A stretch of DNA of 64,000 nucleotides, filler included, from Sphacelaria rigidula (taxonomy: Eukaryota): NCBI GenBank assembly GCA_964200075.2. It is 3 parts of 3 records of this genome, joined end to end, with 100 filler letters (N's around TTAATTAATTAA, not from the genome) between each part and the next. Parts side by side here need not be neighbours in the genome. Positions count along the whole stretch, not along the records: positions 1 to 21,710 come from CAXNAA020000393.1; positions 21,811 to 43,512 come from CAXNAA020000394.1; 1 more part is not named here. One strand, written 5' to 3'. A program made the position numbers and the translations under genes. A model generated the notes under the pieces. The model made no database searches and was not told the DNA's origin. It saw nothing but the letters and a program-made list of their open reading frames with translations. This document shows positions 13,287 to 24,455 of the stretch, piece after piece (the first letter of the stretch is position 1; each line of letters starts with the position of its first letter).

Positions 13287-14337
13287 CCCCGCCACACACA
13301 ACCCCACCCCCCCCACAGGCGACGGGACCGCAGAGAAGAACGACACAACCAACACACNNNNNNNNNNTTTGCCCCCGGTTTGGGGGGAGGGGGGGTCAAA
13401 GGCCATAGTACCCCGGCGGCAAAAATAATGGGGCCCCCCCCCCCCCCCCCCCCGCTTCCTCGGCAGCTCGCGACCCCAAACAAGACCAGGTGGAGCATAG
13501 CGTGACAGGGGCAGCAGAAAATGCACCTCGCGAACGGAACGGTACCTACAAATTGGCGCACGGACTACCGTCGATCACCCCCCCCCCCCAATCCCGCCCG
13601 CTCGAAAGGAGGAGGAAGTACATGGACAGAACTGCATGTGTGGTAAGGGAATACAGAGAAGGTCATAAGGAGGACCGGGACGTGCTAGAAGGGGAAATGC
13701 GGGACGTGAACGAAGGTGGGGTGAAATTGTTTGATGCATTAGACAGTGGGGAGAAAACGATGGCTATACGAGGAGATAAATGGTAGCCACAGACGGCGAA
13801 ACAGGACGGGGATAAGATATGTAAAAGTTTTGGTGCAATGTATGGAAGAAACGTAATGAGCGCCGGAATGTTGAAGGTGTCTCTAGGAAGTAGGAACGGT
13901 GCTCCTTCTCGAAAGGGATGCGTGGTCAACGGTTGAACGACAAAGGGGAGCAAAAAATGAGTACCCCCCCAATGCCGCCCGTCCTCGTGCATATCGTGCC
14001 GCGAAAGAAGATGCTTTAAAAGCGGGTGCGAGTATATTTCAGTTCTGCTTTCAGTTCTGATTCTGGTTCTGACTTGATCCTGGTTTGGTTCTGGAGATGT
14101 CTGCGGAGGACAGACAACAGTGCCGAAGTGATGGGATGAACATAATCGTCGGGTGACTTTTCCTCCCTCCACTCACACTCCTTGGGTGCCCATTTCCATG
14201 GCCACGCACTCCCCGCAGCTATAGGTCTCCCCGTCCACCACTATTTGATTGTAGTACACTTGCTTCGTGTCCGGGTCAGTCCAAATCTTCACAAGAGGCG
14301 TTGGTCCCTTGACCCTCTGTTTCCCCCCGCGAGCCAT
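847..14337 (-). CDS. ORC1: Origin recognition complex subunit 1 (BAH domain + AAA+ ATPase); 10 exons in window, 3' end continues left of the window
   Basis: Phase-consistent exons: 14177-14337 (ATG, MARGGKQRV...YSCGECVAMEMGTQGV), 12301-12411 (CISEILYIFKD...WLQNRWLYSKEE), 11632-11695 (ELFETNDISDNDA), 9301-9425 (EAILHRVVVL...FFCTTYLDRFYH), 8068-8147, 7087-7273 (Asp-rich linker), 4878-5068 (LHVKAVPKSLPCRGKE), 4072-4139 (Walker A GMPGTGKT), 2892-2987 (FKLVELNGMRLVNPHQ), 847-987 (Walker B VLIVDELD). An N-terminal BAH plus Cdc6/Orc1 AAA+ motifs distinguishes ORC1 from CDC6. Confidence 0.93.
1115..1160. repeat. (CAA)n microsatellite
   Basis: About 15 perfect CAA units. Confidence 0.95.
3716..4060 (+). 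mobile_element. tRNA-derived SINE
   Basis: Head CCGGTGGCTCAGTTAG (A box)...GGTTCAAATC (B box), followed by a body homologous to 54716-55039 and 1-62. Confidence 0.75.
5607..6370 (-). pseudogene. Decayed intronless ORF with an OTU-like cysteine protease domain preceded by Cys-containing repeats, inside an ORC1 intron
   Basis: C-terminal HLQLMSHPYAYATRVEIIAAQQLYNLHIRF...CDVLYSHDHYCTLR* resembles the OTU helix/His motif. A candidate Cys motif (FFGQCLPLS) lies one frame away across a 5-nt homopolymer at 5881-5885. Upstream repeat units contain in-frame stops. Confidence 0.55.
9475..10130 (+). mobile_element. ~520-bp dispersed repeat beginning G(n)TGT(T/A)CTCATGATCATGC, plus a tandem partial copy
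   Basis: Co-linear homology with 12640-13250 (opposite strand); head fragments at 63385-63415 and 63872-64000. Confidence 0.75.
10447..10624. mobile_element. Near-palindromic MITE with CACA...TGTG termini
   Basis: Left arm TTTTCACATCTTGGACGATACATGGTCAAAAG... is the near reverse complement of right arm ...CTTTTGACCATATATTGCCCAAGGTGTGAAAA. Related pieces lie at 34169-34250 and 58249-58352. Confidence 0.75.
12640..13250 (-). mobile_element. Inverted copy of the G-tract-bounded ~520-bp repeat, plus a partial second copy
   Basis: Reverse complement matches 9475-10000 along its length, e.g. TGTGTTCGGCGAGTCGCATGAAGGGTGA, CCCACCCCGCACA and GCCAACCGACGCCAAC. Confidence 0.75.
13620..13960 (+). mobile_element. 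Degenerate 3' end of a non-LTR retrotransposon (LINE)
   Basis: Translates, with disruptions, to HKEDRDVLEGEMRDV...SGEKTMAIRGDKW*PQTAKQDGDKI...RNGAPSRKGCVVNG. A second copy lies on the minus strand at 39450-39690. The LINE assignment is from recollection of brown-algal repeats. Confidence 0.55.
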
Positions 14338-16952
14338 GACGCTTCTCGTGCGTGTATCTCTCCTTTCTCTCGCCGCCCCAGGAATAGATGTTGTCAGTGC
14401 TGTTGCTGGCGTCGATTGTGGCCTATCAACAGGTGTTTTCCTGTCGAGTTGTCACAGTAGAAAGCAAGAGGCAAAGCCTCAAGTATAATTATGCAAAGTA
14501 TCGTCTGAAATCGGTGCGTGATGTGCGGAGTGATGCCAGAGTTGCTTTGTTCCAGGGAAACAACGATCAGTAACAGGGTAAATGCAGCAGGGATCTATAC
14601 TACCTCAACTGTAAAGCTGATACTCATTGTACTACATCTGCCCCTCGTACGTCAATGATGACGCGCACAGCTATCAGGCGCATATACTACACGGCTCTTT
14701 TCCTGCGGTTGCCAATGTAACCACGGGATGACAACATGAGACTGTTGGGGATAAGCTAAGGGAGGGGAATTTTTGTGAAGACGTTTTGACCAGGGGCGAA
14801 GGAGAGCATCCACATGATGGGAGAATCCTGAGCATGACGATCAAATAAATGACACAGTTCGAGGCGACAAAAGAGTCATGGTCCAACTCGCCACGTCAGG
14901 AGCGAATCAGATGAAAGTAACATACCCACGGAAGTTCGTGTTCAACTGTTGGGCAGGTTGACGATGAGATTAGTTACATGATCCGGATGTGTGCGCAACA
15001 AAAGTCAACCTTCAACACAGTTTGTATCTACACAGTAGAGCTCGCGCGATCAAACCGAAATGCTGTACAGGCTTAGCTGAGGCTACTTGAAACAACCTCT
15101 TCACTACCGCGTACCACAATCCATGGTAGTCCACCGAACAGGCTATACTGTGAGTGACTTTGTGGACTACAATTTTCATGCATATATACCAAAGCTCCTA
15201 CAGCAATTGTCCAGATTATTTTCGCAGTGACTGTATTTCTTGGCGTGTCTGCGTCGGATCACCATTTGGGATAGAGCTAGGTTTGCCCCTTCCAAGATTG
15301 CGCCTGTGACGCGGTCTGCGCTGTTCGCCGAGGGGTGCCGCAGGAGCATGCTGAGCGATGGACGTCAATATAGACTAAGCGACGAGACACACCAGTACAG
15401 TGAAGTGCCGTATGTTATGTAGGTGTCGAACTGAATCAAGGGAGGCAAAGCTAAATGGTGTTCGCGTGTTGTTATCGCAAGTCGAGACCGTCGACCCACT
15501 TGCCTACACGGATAAACAGGGAATCGTTCACAGAAACGCGCGGCTGTTACAGCCTCCAATCTGCCACACCATATGCTGTACAGTACTGCAATGTATCGTA
15601 CTCGTAGTCGCCCTTTGCTGCTTCCCGCGGTGCAAGATGTGACCAGCTGCCGTGTTGCACGATTTGGCATTTGAGCGAGCATGATATATACCTTCCGGCA
15701 TCGGACTACCTCAGGTGGCGAGGTGTATAGTAACACCTCCCGAGCGATGGCGACATTTTTTCAAGCGTTATTATCTCGAAAGCTGCACAGAGGCCACGAC
15801 GTTTGCGCCAAACCGGCGAAAGCCATGCATGCGCTGTTCCTGAAGAATGAGGTTATTCATCTGAAGGAAGGGGCATGCAGATTTCATACTAAAGTTTTGA
15901 ATACCCACTTTACAGCAGTGGAGGTGATTTTGCAATGCTGCAAGATACGCACAAACTGTACCGTACATAGATTCGCCTTTAACTACCTACAAGCATTGCT
16001 GTAGACGTCCATGTGCCCGTAGGCAGTTCATTTCTTCCCTTCTTCGCGGGGGTTCGGAGTACGAGCTGGGCCAGTTGTAGAACGTAAAACCTCTTGGCAC
16101 ACAACAACTTATTCAGTTTCCCGGATCGGCCCGATGTAAGCATATAGCTATTATGTGCGGACCAACCCGCTTTTACACGGCTCCGCCGGTATTCAATTGG
16201 CCCCAGTTTTGGCGATGGCGTTATTGTACCGCAGTAATTACCGGGTGCGTCTCGTTTCTTGGCGTGACAGCGTATTCCGAGCCTTGCTTTCATACAGAAC
16301 GCGGCGGGATTAGGTATAACAACTTTGACACACACAGTCAAGAGTGCACTGGGAATGCTGCGAAATGGTATCAAGCTCGTCAGCAGCTCTATCGTGGGAG
16401 AGGATTCTCCCAGTCGACTGCAAATACAACGAGCACAGGCACAACTATCCAACTGGCACTGGATTACAGCGCTTTTCCTCCACCCAATCTCCGATGGTGA
16501 TCGTTTTTCTTCACTGTCGGGAAAATTGCTGCAAGTTGGCATCCAGAGAAGCGGGAAAGTGTTCCAGATAAGCCTTGGAGAAAAGCACGACCCACACTGA
16601 GGCGAGAAAGACCAGTTTCGTGCATTTGGGAGTCACAAGCTCGTGCGAAAGAAGCGAAATCAGCATCTTCACCTGAAACAAGCATGTTTAGTGTAAAAAT
16701 AAACTCAATGACGAAATCCAGATTGTACAAAAAAACGAGTAATGTCGGGATCCCAACTCGTCACCTTCGTAACTGGCGTCTCTTGTATCAGTTAACCACC
16801 GGGGCGCAGCGGTGTCACACAAGAAGTTTCACGCGCAACCCAACTTGACGAGTTTTGAGCGGAACTTGTAGGAAGATATTTTGCGTGCAGGTTCAAAACT
16901 CGTGGTTGGAGCTATCCCCGATTTTCGTTTCTTTCATGCAGTTATGATATTA

Positions 16953-18712
16953 CCACACTCTGGACAATGGACACAATACTGGTCCATTCCTTCAGCAATC
17001 GACACGGGGCAGAACCTATCGATATATATATATAAATATGATATATATATTATCGAACACGATAGATGGTGAAACACATCTATCGATTTTGTATTGCAAG
17101 GGACGGTCGATGTTGCAATAGTCGAACGATAGCCTATAGCAATTACAATCGATAAATATCACTCGCCATCGATGGTAATCGTGTACCGCAGTAGATCCTG
17201 GGAGGTATATATCGATAGCCATTGCCGTGCTCAATAGGTTTGGTGAGCCATCCATCGATAGTCATTGCCGTCATCATACATTTGGTGAGCCATCGATCGG
17301 TAGGCACTGCCGCCAACAATGTACTTTTGGGTATCTATCAATATGGTCATTGCTGTCAACAATCGATTGTTCTCGGGAGCATCTATCAATGGCCAGTGAC
17401 GCCAAGGATAAGTTTCGAAGAACATATTGCTCACTGCAGTGGTTTTATGATATCGACGGCAATACCCCTCACACATGAACAGACAACTTCCTGAAGCCAT
17501 AGCTGACCATAGCTTGAGTGGAAAAAGGCAGAAACATACATGGAAGAATATCATACATAGCGCTAGTGATCGACGCCATTCAGCTACTTATGTGGCGAGC
17601 AATAGATATTGGTGGCCACGATTCAGATTGCGTTTTGATCAGCGATATTCATTGGTGGCCGCGATTGAGATTATACTGTGACCCTCATTAGACATTGATG
17701 GGCACAATTTAGATCCTTTTGTGACCACTAGTATGTATTGGTGGCCGCGTGGAAGATCCTATGGCAATAAATAAAATGTATCAATACAGACAACTTGGCC
17801 ATTCCATTGTCACGGCAATGATACATTCTGTCCCTTGTCCCAAATCTTTTGTCGCGTACAATAGCTATCGATAAACATCGATGCCAGTCGATTATGACTG
17901 ATAATGAACATTGACAGTCATATTTTCGGGGCTATTGCAACACCAATGTTCTATTACAGTCTATTGTCCAGGGTATATGCACATCTCACCCATACACAAA
18001 AGTACTGTAAGTGCTTATGTTCATCAGAGGGACAACCATAAGTACAGACACCACACCAACAACAAAACTTGTGAAAGTTTGTCCACACACACTGCAGATT
18101 TCAACAAAATACAAGCGTTCCAAAATTGTAGAAATGTGACGTCATATTTCACAAGTGGTATCATCATGTACCTACTGCATGTCCACCGCCGGCTTCTCTA
18201 CCGTACCTTAACGGAGTATAATATGTTCCATACGTAGTATGTTGCGATATAGATGTGGCAATAGACGACAGAGAACGTCTATCGGTAGGCACTGTATACC
18301 ACAGTAGATTTTGGCATATGTATCTATCGATTTTTATTGCCGCCGTGCATAGATTTTATACGCAATCTATCAATAGCAATTGCAGTCATCAATAAATTTG
18401 GTATACAACGTGTCAGTAGTCATCGTCGTCATCCAGAGATTTGGCACGCGGTCTATCGATAACTATTGCCACCATCAATAGGTTTGGAAAGCTATCGATC
18501 GATACATTTGGTCGGGCCGCAATAGATTTCGGTGTAGGGCCACAACAGACTGCTGTCCGGACAAAAATGTGGGAAACTGGTCCATCGATAGACATTGCCG
18601 ACGACAATAGGAAGGGAAACCTGCCGATCGATGGCCATTACGGACGACAATATTGCCATCTACTGCAGAAGATTGCTATTGCAATAGATGCCGTCTATTG
18701 TCCAGGGTGTGG
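16953..18712. repeat. ATCGAT-rich internally repetitive element(s) with CAC(C/T)CTGGACAAT-type termini
   Basis: Starts CACACTCTGGACAATGG (~16954); CTATTGTCCAGGGT occurs at ~17961 and ~18695. The interior repeats ATCGATAG / ATTGCCG / TTTGGTGAGCCATC motifs. Confidence 0.55.
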
Positions 18713-19101
18713 ATATTACCCAGTTCCAGCTGAAATTTCAATCGCCCTAACCTTCTGATTTCTTTTTTCTTGTCAGCTCGAGAAATGTTTGGCGCGTTGA
18801 TAATAAAACTGCCGTGTCATGTTTCAGCGCCTAATTGCTCAAACTAGGCCCCGCATCATCTAAGAACTGGAAAAAAAAAAACTGTTGGCTGACCCAACTC
18901 GTGGTTGTTTTGATGGGGAATACACTAAAACGCCTGCAGAGATGAGGCCGCTGCCAACCACATGCCTCGCGTCAGAGATACTCGTTCATATGCCACGGCC
19001 AGCGGCATTACCATCTCAGGACAGTAAAACCTACACAATACTGTACAGTAGTTGTGATCGCCTCATCAGAAGCACAAGCATCTGGCCAACACACACACAC
19101 G

Positions 19102-21226
19102 TTATGGAGCAACGCAGGGCAGGGGGGTCCAGGTGCAGGTCTGCGGATTTTTTTCACCTCATCCGATAGCCAACGTAACAGGACGAGCACAAGTGGACAC
19201 ACACACAAGCAACACACATATAACCACAGCAGTGAGCTTGTCCCCGTCACAAACTCCTGCTGCGCAAACGGGATGTCGTGGCATCAAGAGTTGGGGGAGG
19301 GGGGGCGACCTCGGTCGGTATTTTCGTGTTTAATTGAACGCGTGCGCAAGGAAATGCTTTACCGTCCCCACCCTGCATTCACGATGGTCAAATAGGAGAT
19401 GTGAGGATTCGTGCCAGCGCCCAAACGGCCTACCAGGGGCCATCTCGCCTACACTAAAGCCGTCATCCAAAAACTGGCGGGAGTGACAAAGGCCAGGTCC
19501 CCGGAACAGCAGGCCACGGGCACTCAAAGAGGCATCGTTCTTGAAATGAAAAGGTGGCATACCATCAGCGCCAGCGAATGGCCTGTAATCTACAAAAACA
19601 GCCATGGGTGTAAGATCGTATCTTGGCTTGTGCCCCCCCATTCCGAATAATCGAGCCCACGAGCTAAAAAAATCCCAAACCAGGTATTTTAGGGTACCCG
19701 AAATACGGGGCGATATCCGTACCGCCCCCTCCTTTCCCCTCCCCTGCTCCGCCTTGGAAAACTGAAATATTCCGTCGAGACTCTTTTATGCGGATGATCT
19801 CTTGGGAGTGCCGCTTCGCACTTGTTGACAATGTCAACTTCGGCAAGGTACAGCACACTTTACTGTATGTGCGGTAGAGTACAGCAGATGGAGTTGGAGT
19901 ACATGACTGCCAAATGATAATATTTTTAGCATCCTCCATGTTCTCGTGGAAGTAGGTCTCCCAGGAGTGCACATAGTCTTGCTACCTCTCGAGAAATCGA
20001 GGTTTAGGAAAACATTAAAAGCGCATTGGGGGGTGCTATACCTCGTCATCACTGGGGCGCTCCACATGTATTCTGTACTTCAAACACCGCGCGGTATTGC
20101 ACACACTCGAAGCAGCACAAATACAGTGTAGGGCAGAACAGGAGAGTGGAAGGGTATGCAGGCGACCGGCCTAATGTACAACTAGTGAGCCGCCTGTACT
20201 GTGTGGTGTATGTAGACGCAGTAGTTGCTGACATATGCTATGGACTTGAGCTGGGGCAGACACGTATTTACCGCGTATGTGTATCTGAGTCCGGACTGTT
20301 GTGTACCGTAATTCAGGTGCTAGTTCGACTTCGTCCGTTTATTTTACAGGAAATTTGTGTCCTTTTCCGACCCTACTATCTCACCTTTACCTAGAACAAT
20401 AGAGGAGTATTAGTTCGACCGCACAGCAGAAAGAGATGGGCTGCTGTCCGCGCGTATCCCAAATTACCACGGAGCTGCTACTGAACTGTAGTTTCCTTAA
20501 TGTTTCGGAACAGTTTTGCGATTTCAAAATGCTGGAAAATGGTTTTCACACCGCAGTCTTACGCCAAAAGAAAAAGAAAACAATCGGAACATTATCCGAT
20601 ATCTTTTCGCCCCAATATGCACGCACACACTGCGCAACCCTAGCCCCAGTATGATGAAGTTGTTGTCTGTTATCTACATGAAATGTGGTCGAAATTTCAG
20701 TGCGGAGCGATGTTCACAGTAGTGTGCCTTGAGTGTGCCGGGGATTTCTTTCTTTTCGAAGCGAAATAGACGCCTCCGCGAGAAACGGTGCATGATGGCA
20801 AATGTCCTGATTTCGCCCCGAGGTTCCGCACACCTTGTGCATGCAGCTGCGGACCTGAAAGCACCGCCCAAGTGGAAGGAGTGGGCTCGAAGACGATCGA
20901 GGTGTGTTTATATACTGACAAGCAGTTCCTCTCGCAAGTTGCACCGATAATGGTGCTATCTGCTTGGAGCTTTTGCAGAATCCGTGCAGTCTAGGGCGAA
21001 CACCCCCCCCCCGTCGAACCTCACCTCCGATGTCATGGCAGAGCACGGCGTTCGCACGACGCCACGGACAGATACTAGGAGGGTGTTTTCACCATCTAGA
21101 GAGTTCAATCTTTCCATAGGAAGAGGTTGTGTTGAAATCCATCCATGCCGTGGATGAAACGACGCGACTGAAGTTTGAAAAAGTTCAAACCTTCTTTCGG
21201 CACCAGTACATGGACCACCTGGACTC
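19102..21226 (-). CDS. Putative 3' part of a spliced gene of unknown function (5' end cut by the linker at 21711)
   Basis: Candidate exons 21025-21226, 20834-20854 (21 nt), 19864-19981, 19363-19589 and 19102-19140 (ends TAA) have AG/GT boundaries and chain in matching phases without stops. No confident domain recognised. Confidence 0.4.
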
Positions 21227-21710
21227 CTGTTCAATGCACCAGCAGCATATATCAGCAAGATCGAGCACACCACAGCGCAGCGCAGCACAATACAGTTCAC
21301 CACAGCACACCACAGTGCAATACAGTACAGTGCAGTACAGAACATTGTGCTGCCGGCGAAGTATGCAGCAAGAGCGTTGTGCTGGAAGGCGTTCACAGCA
21401 AGAAAGAGGCAACTCTATAAAATGAGGTCGTGCGATGACATGAGGTTCAAGCCCGAAACAGTGCTTGCCCCACACTTTCAGCGATGGTGCCCAATGACTT
21501 TTTTGTCGACCTGATGCCCTCCGATCGCGTAAACACTTCTTCTACGCATTCTACCTACTGTCTGGGCTTGCAGCGCTGACCGAAACCGTCATTTACCCTG
21601 ATTTATTTTAGCGCGGGGGGGGGGGGGGGGGGGGGGTATAGAGGGGGAGAGGAGGGGGGGTGCAGGGGTGGAGGCCAAGAAGGGGGGAAAAATGGGCAAA
21701 AGAAGATTAT

Positions 21711-21810
21711 NNNNNNNNNNNNNNNNNNNNNNNNNNNNNNNNNNNNNNNNNNNNTTAATTAATTAANNNNNNNNNNNNNNNNNNNNNNNNNNNNNNNNNN
21801 NNNNNNNNNN
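21711..21810. other. Artificial assembly linker (N44-TTAATTAATTAA-N44)
   Basis: Exactly 100 nt; the central 12-mer has stops in all six frames; identical to 43513-43612. Confidence 0.95.
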
Positions 21811-21944
21811 ATACGAAGATTTTAATCCTCCGGGTTCTCATCCTCAATGAAAATCTCCATCCTCAACATAGATGATCCGCTGTTATTTCAAGAATTTTCA
21901 GGTGAGCATTATTTGTGGTGAACTCGATGAGGGAACAAGAACCA

Positions 21945-22355
21945 ACAATGGAGTCTCGAAAATGGGGTTGAAAAAAAATTAGGTTCAACTCGAAATCCGT
22001 GCTTCCCCTGACCTAAATTCATGACAAATGACTTTCATATGGACCACCCCATCCCTCCTGACCTCCCTAAGACTATTCCGAGGGGATCAGCCTTCCGTTC
22101 CCCCAAAGGGTATGTTCGAAAGCACACTTTTGCCTCATTTCGGGGTGAAAAAAATACGTGTTTTGGCCAGAAAGTCGTGCTTCCGCACATAACCTTTGGG
22201 GGAACGGAAGCTAACCCCCCCCGAAATATTCAGGCAGGTCGGAAGGGATGGGGTGGTACAGACGAAAGTCATTTGTCATGAATTTAGGTCAGGGATCGCA
22301 CGGCTTTCGATTTGAATCCCATTTTTTTCAACTCCATTTTCGAGAATCCACTGTT
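21945..22355. repeat. ~90-bp inverted repeat around a ~230-bp spacer (probably the ends of two TIR-element copies)
   Basis: ...CCCTGACCTAAATTCATGACAAATGACTTTC (to 22035) and GAAAGTCATTTGTCATGAATTTAGGTCAGGG (from 22264). Confidence 0.65.
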
Positions 22356-22759
22356 AACTGTAGTCATTTGTGGTGAACTCGATGATGAATTAATTTTAAG
22401 CATTTGTGCTGAAATTGGAGAGAACATAAGACGCGAGCCTCGGCCAGAATAGAGTTTCTCGAATGCTGATGACGCGCACTGTACTGTCATCTTCGATAAG
22501 AACCCGCCTTAGAGGGCGAGACAGGAACCACGCAGTGAAGAAACCTGATGAAAAAAATATATATTCAAGACAATTATCAACCAAGCAAAACACGTGTACG
22601 AACGCACGTGGGGACATCGCCAAGGCTGCATGTCGAGGAAAACATAGGTAATAGCCGATTAGGGAGGGGAATATCACTACCATTCATCACCGGCTGTCAC
22701 ACTCATCCCTCCTCTAGTACAAAGCGAATCACCCTATTGACCATTTCAATCCTGGATCC

Positions 22760-23110
22760 CTCGCGAGTTGTTGCTGCGGGCTTTCGTATCGCAGCAGTTT
22801 CCTATCGTCCTTGACATGACTGCTCGTTCTCTACTTTTCGCCCAACCAACTCCCATCTTTGAAGATGCCCGTACCACTTCCTTGAATTCCTCAGTTCCAA
22901 AGGGCCCCTGATTCACATATACATCCAGGTGGCTGGTCGCCTCGGTTTGGATCACCGCTTCGAGCCTCTCGCACGCTGCTTGCAACGTGTGCCATGCGGG
23001 GCCATATCTTGACCCCTCCCGCTTGTTTCAAGCCCGTAAGAACTTAGGCTGGAGATCCAGCATCCTCGAACCACCCCCTACCGCGCCGTGGTGCCGCCAA
23101 ACGAGGACTC
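22760..23110 (-). mobile_element. Degenerate RTE-like LINE fragment (endonuclease-RT linker region)
   Basis: Disrupted translation GWFEDAG...AWHTLQAACERLEAVIQTEATSHLDVYV...EWYGHLQ resembles the helical linker before the RT of RTE-clade elements; recognised by pattern only. Confidence 0.4.
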
Positions 23111-24455
23111 GGCTAATTATGGGGCTACATCGGAGGTAGTCAGCACTTATCTTAGACTTGCATTTGACACAATCGTATTCATAGTGGACGATTGCATGAG
23201 CGTCGGAACTTTACACCCTGGCGTAGTGAAACGATTGCTTCACTCCTGTGTACGTGGCTTTTGGGTCGCGGACAGGGCCTCAACGTCTCAGCGGAGGTGA
23301 AGAGTATATCGGCAACGTTTGCAGCCGATTCACCGCCCATAACGACGGTTCTAACCTACTCAAGCTCGCTGGTGATGAACTGGATGAGATACTCACGTCG
23401 ATCAGTGTCTGATATTATATCTCGCCTGTCGATGGTTTTGCACCTGGTGGGGATTCGCCGAGGTTTGTTGCGTGCGAACCTACCAAGGAGCCGCACTGAA
23501 GCGCACGCGATGTTGTGATCTCAGTCCGACAAAGCGGACGGTTGAATGTGGACAATGGGCTTTCAAATGAGCCTAAGGTGGGTTTGGCGTGTCATGTAGT
23601 CCATGCGCTTCTTGTCCAAGGTATGCAATGCACCTCCCTCGGGTTTGGCGGAAGAAAAAAATTGCCAGGGCAAGCCTTCTGTCACATACAGTCTGTAGCA
23701 GAGTGATACCTATACTATCGCTGGCTTGTCCTCCTGTCCGGTTATTACCCCCAGGCCAAGCGTTGCTATCAACACAAACAGGTGGTCATCATTAGGTACT
23801 TGAGTCCCAGCGCTGTCAAAGTCAGCCAGAAAAAGCTTTCCCTCTTATTTTGACTGCAATGTGTCCATGGGATCATAGTGAACCACGCGCCTAACAACGT
23901 TTGATCTGCCTGTAAGCTTGAAGGTCGTCGACAGGAGGCGTTCGCTAATGAACGCCTGATTCGACATACTCTTGTGGGTGATTGCCTTCTTGGCCGCTAA
24001 CCCAACCCTATGTTGTCGAGTCCTTCCCTTGCCCCCCCTTCCGCCTCGCAGTGGAACACGCGATATCCCGCCGCAGAAAACTCGGCTCTGCCCTACCGAA
24101 CCTGGCAGTTAGTCACATGTTTCATCTCCAGTGGCGTGTTTTCCGTGAGTGTCTTAGCTCTGCGTGGAACTCCCCAGCTGCGGAGTTGAGTTTTGCCTCC
24201 AGTATCGGGCGAAAGTCCGCTGCTGCAGGGGTGAGCTTGGAGCTCAACACTGTCTACATGGCCCACGGGATAGTCTGTGTTGCATCACCGCTGGAACAGT
24301 ACACAGACCTGTCTGTAGGTCACGCCACTCTCCTCTACACGTATGACTGGATCGTTTGGTTGCTGGTTGAGGCTAGATTGCCTCGATACAAGCGTCGGGT
24401 CCGGGGCGAAGGGAGAGCTGTAGCCTTCCCAACAACTGGCTCTGTTGCGTGCCCG

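Noticed and set aside
15240..16730. Cluster of overlapping 100-190-aa ORFs upstream of ORC1
   Set aside because: No recognisable motifs or consistent splice chain, and stops occur in all frames; it may be UTR or decayed repeat.
21755..21766. TTAATTAATTAA palindrome as a biological site (also 43557-43568)
   Set aside because: Centred in exactly 44+44 Ns in both places; it is an assembly spacer.
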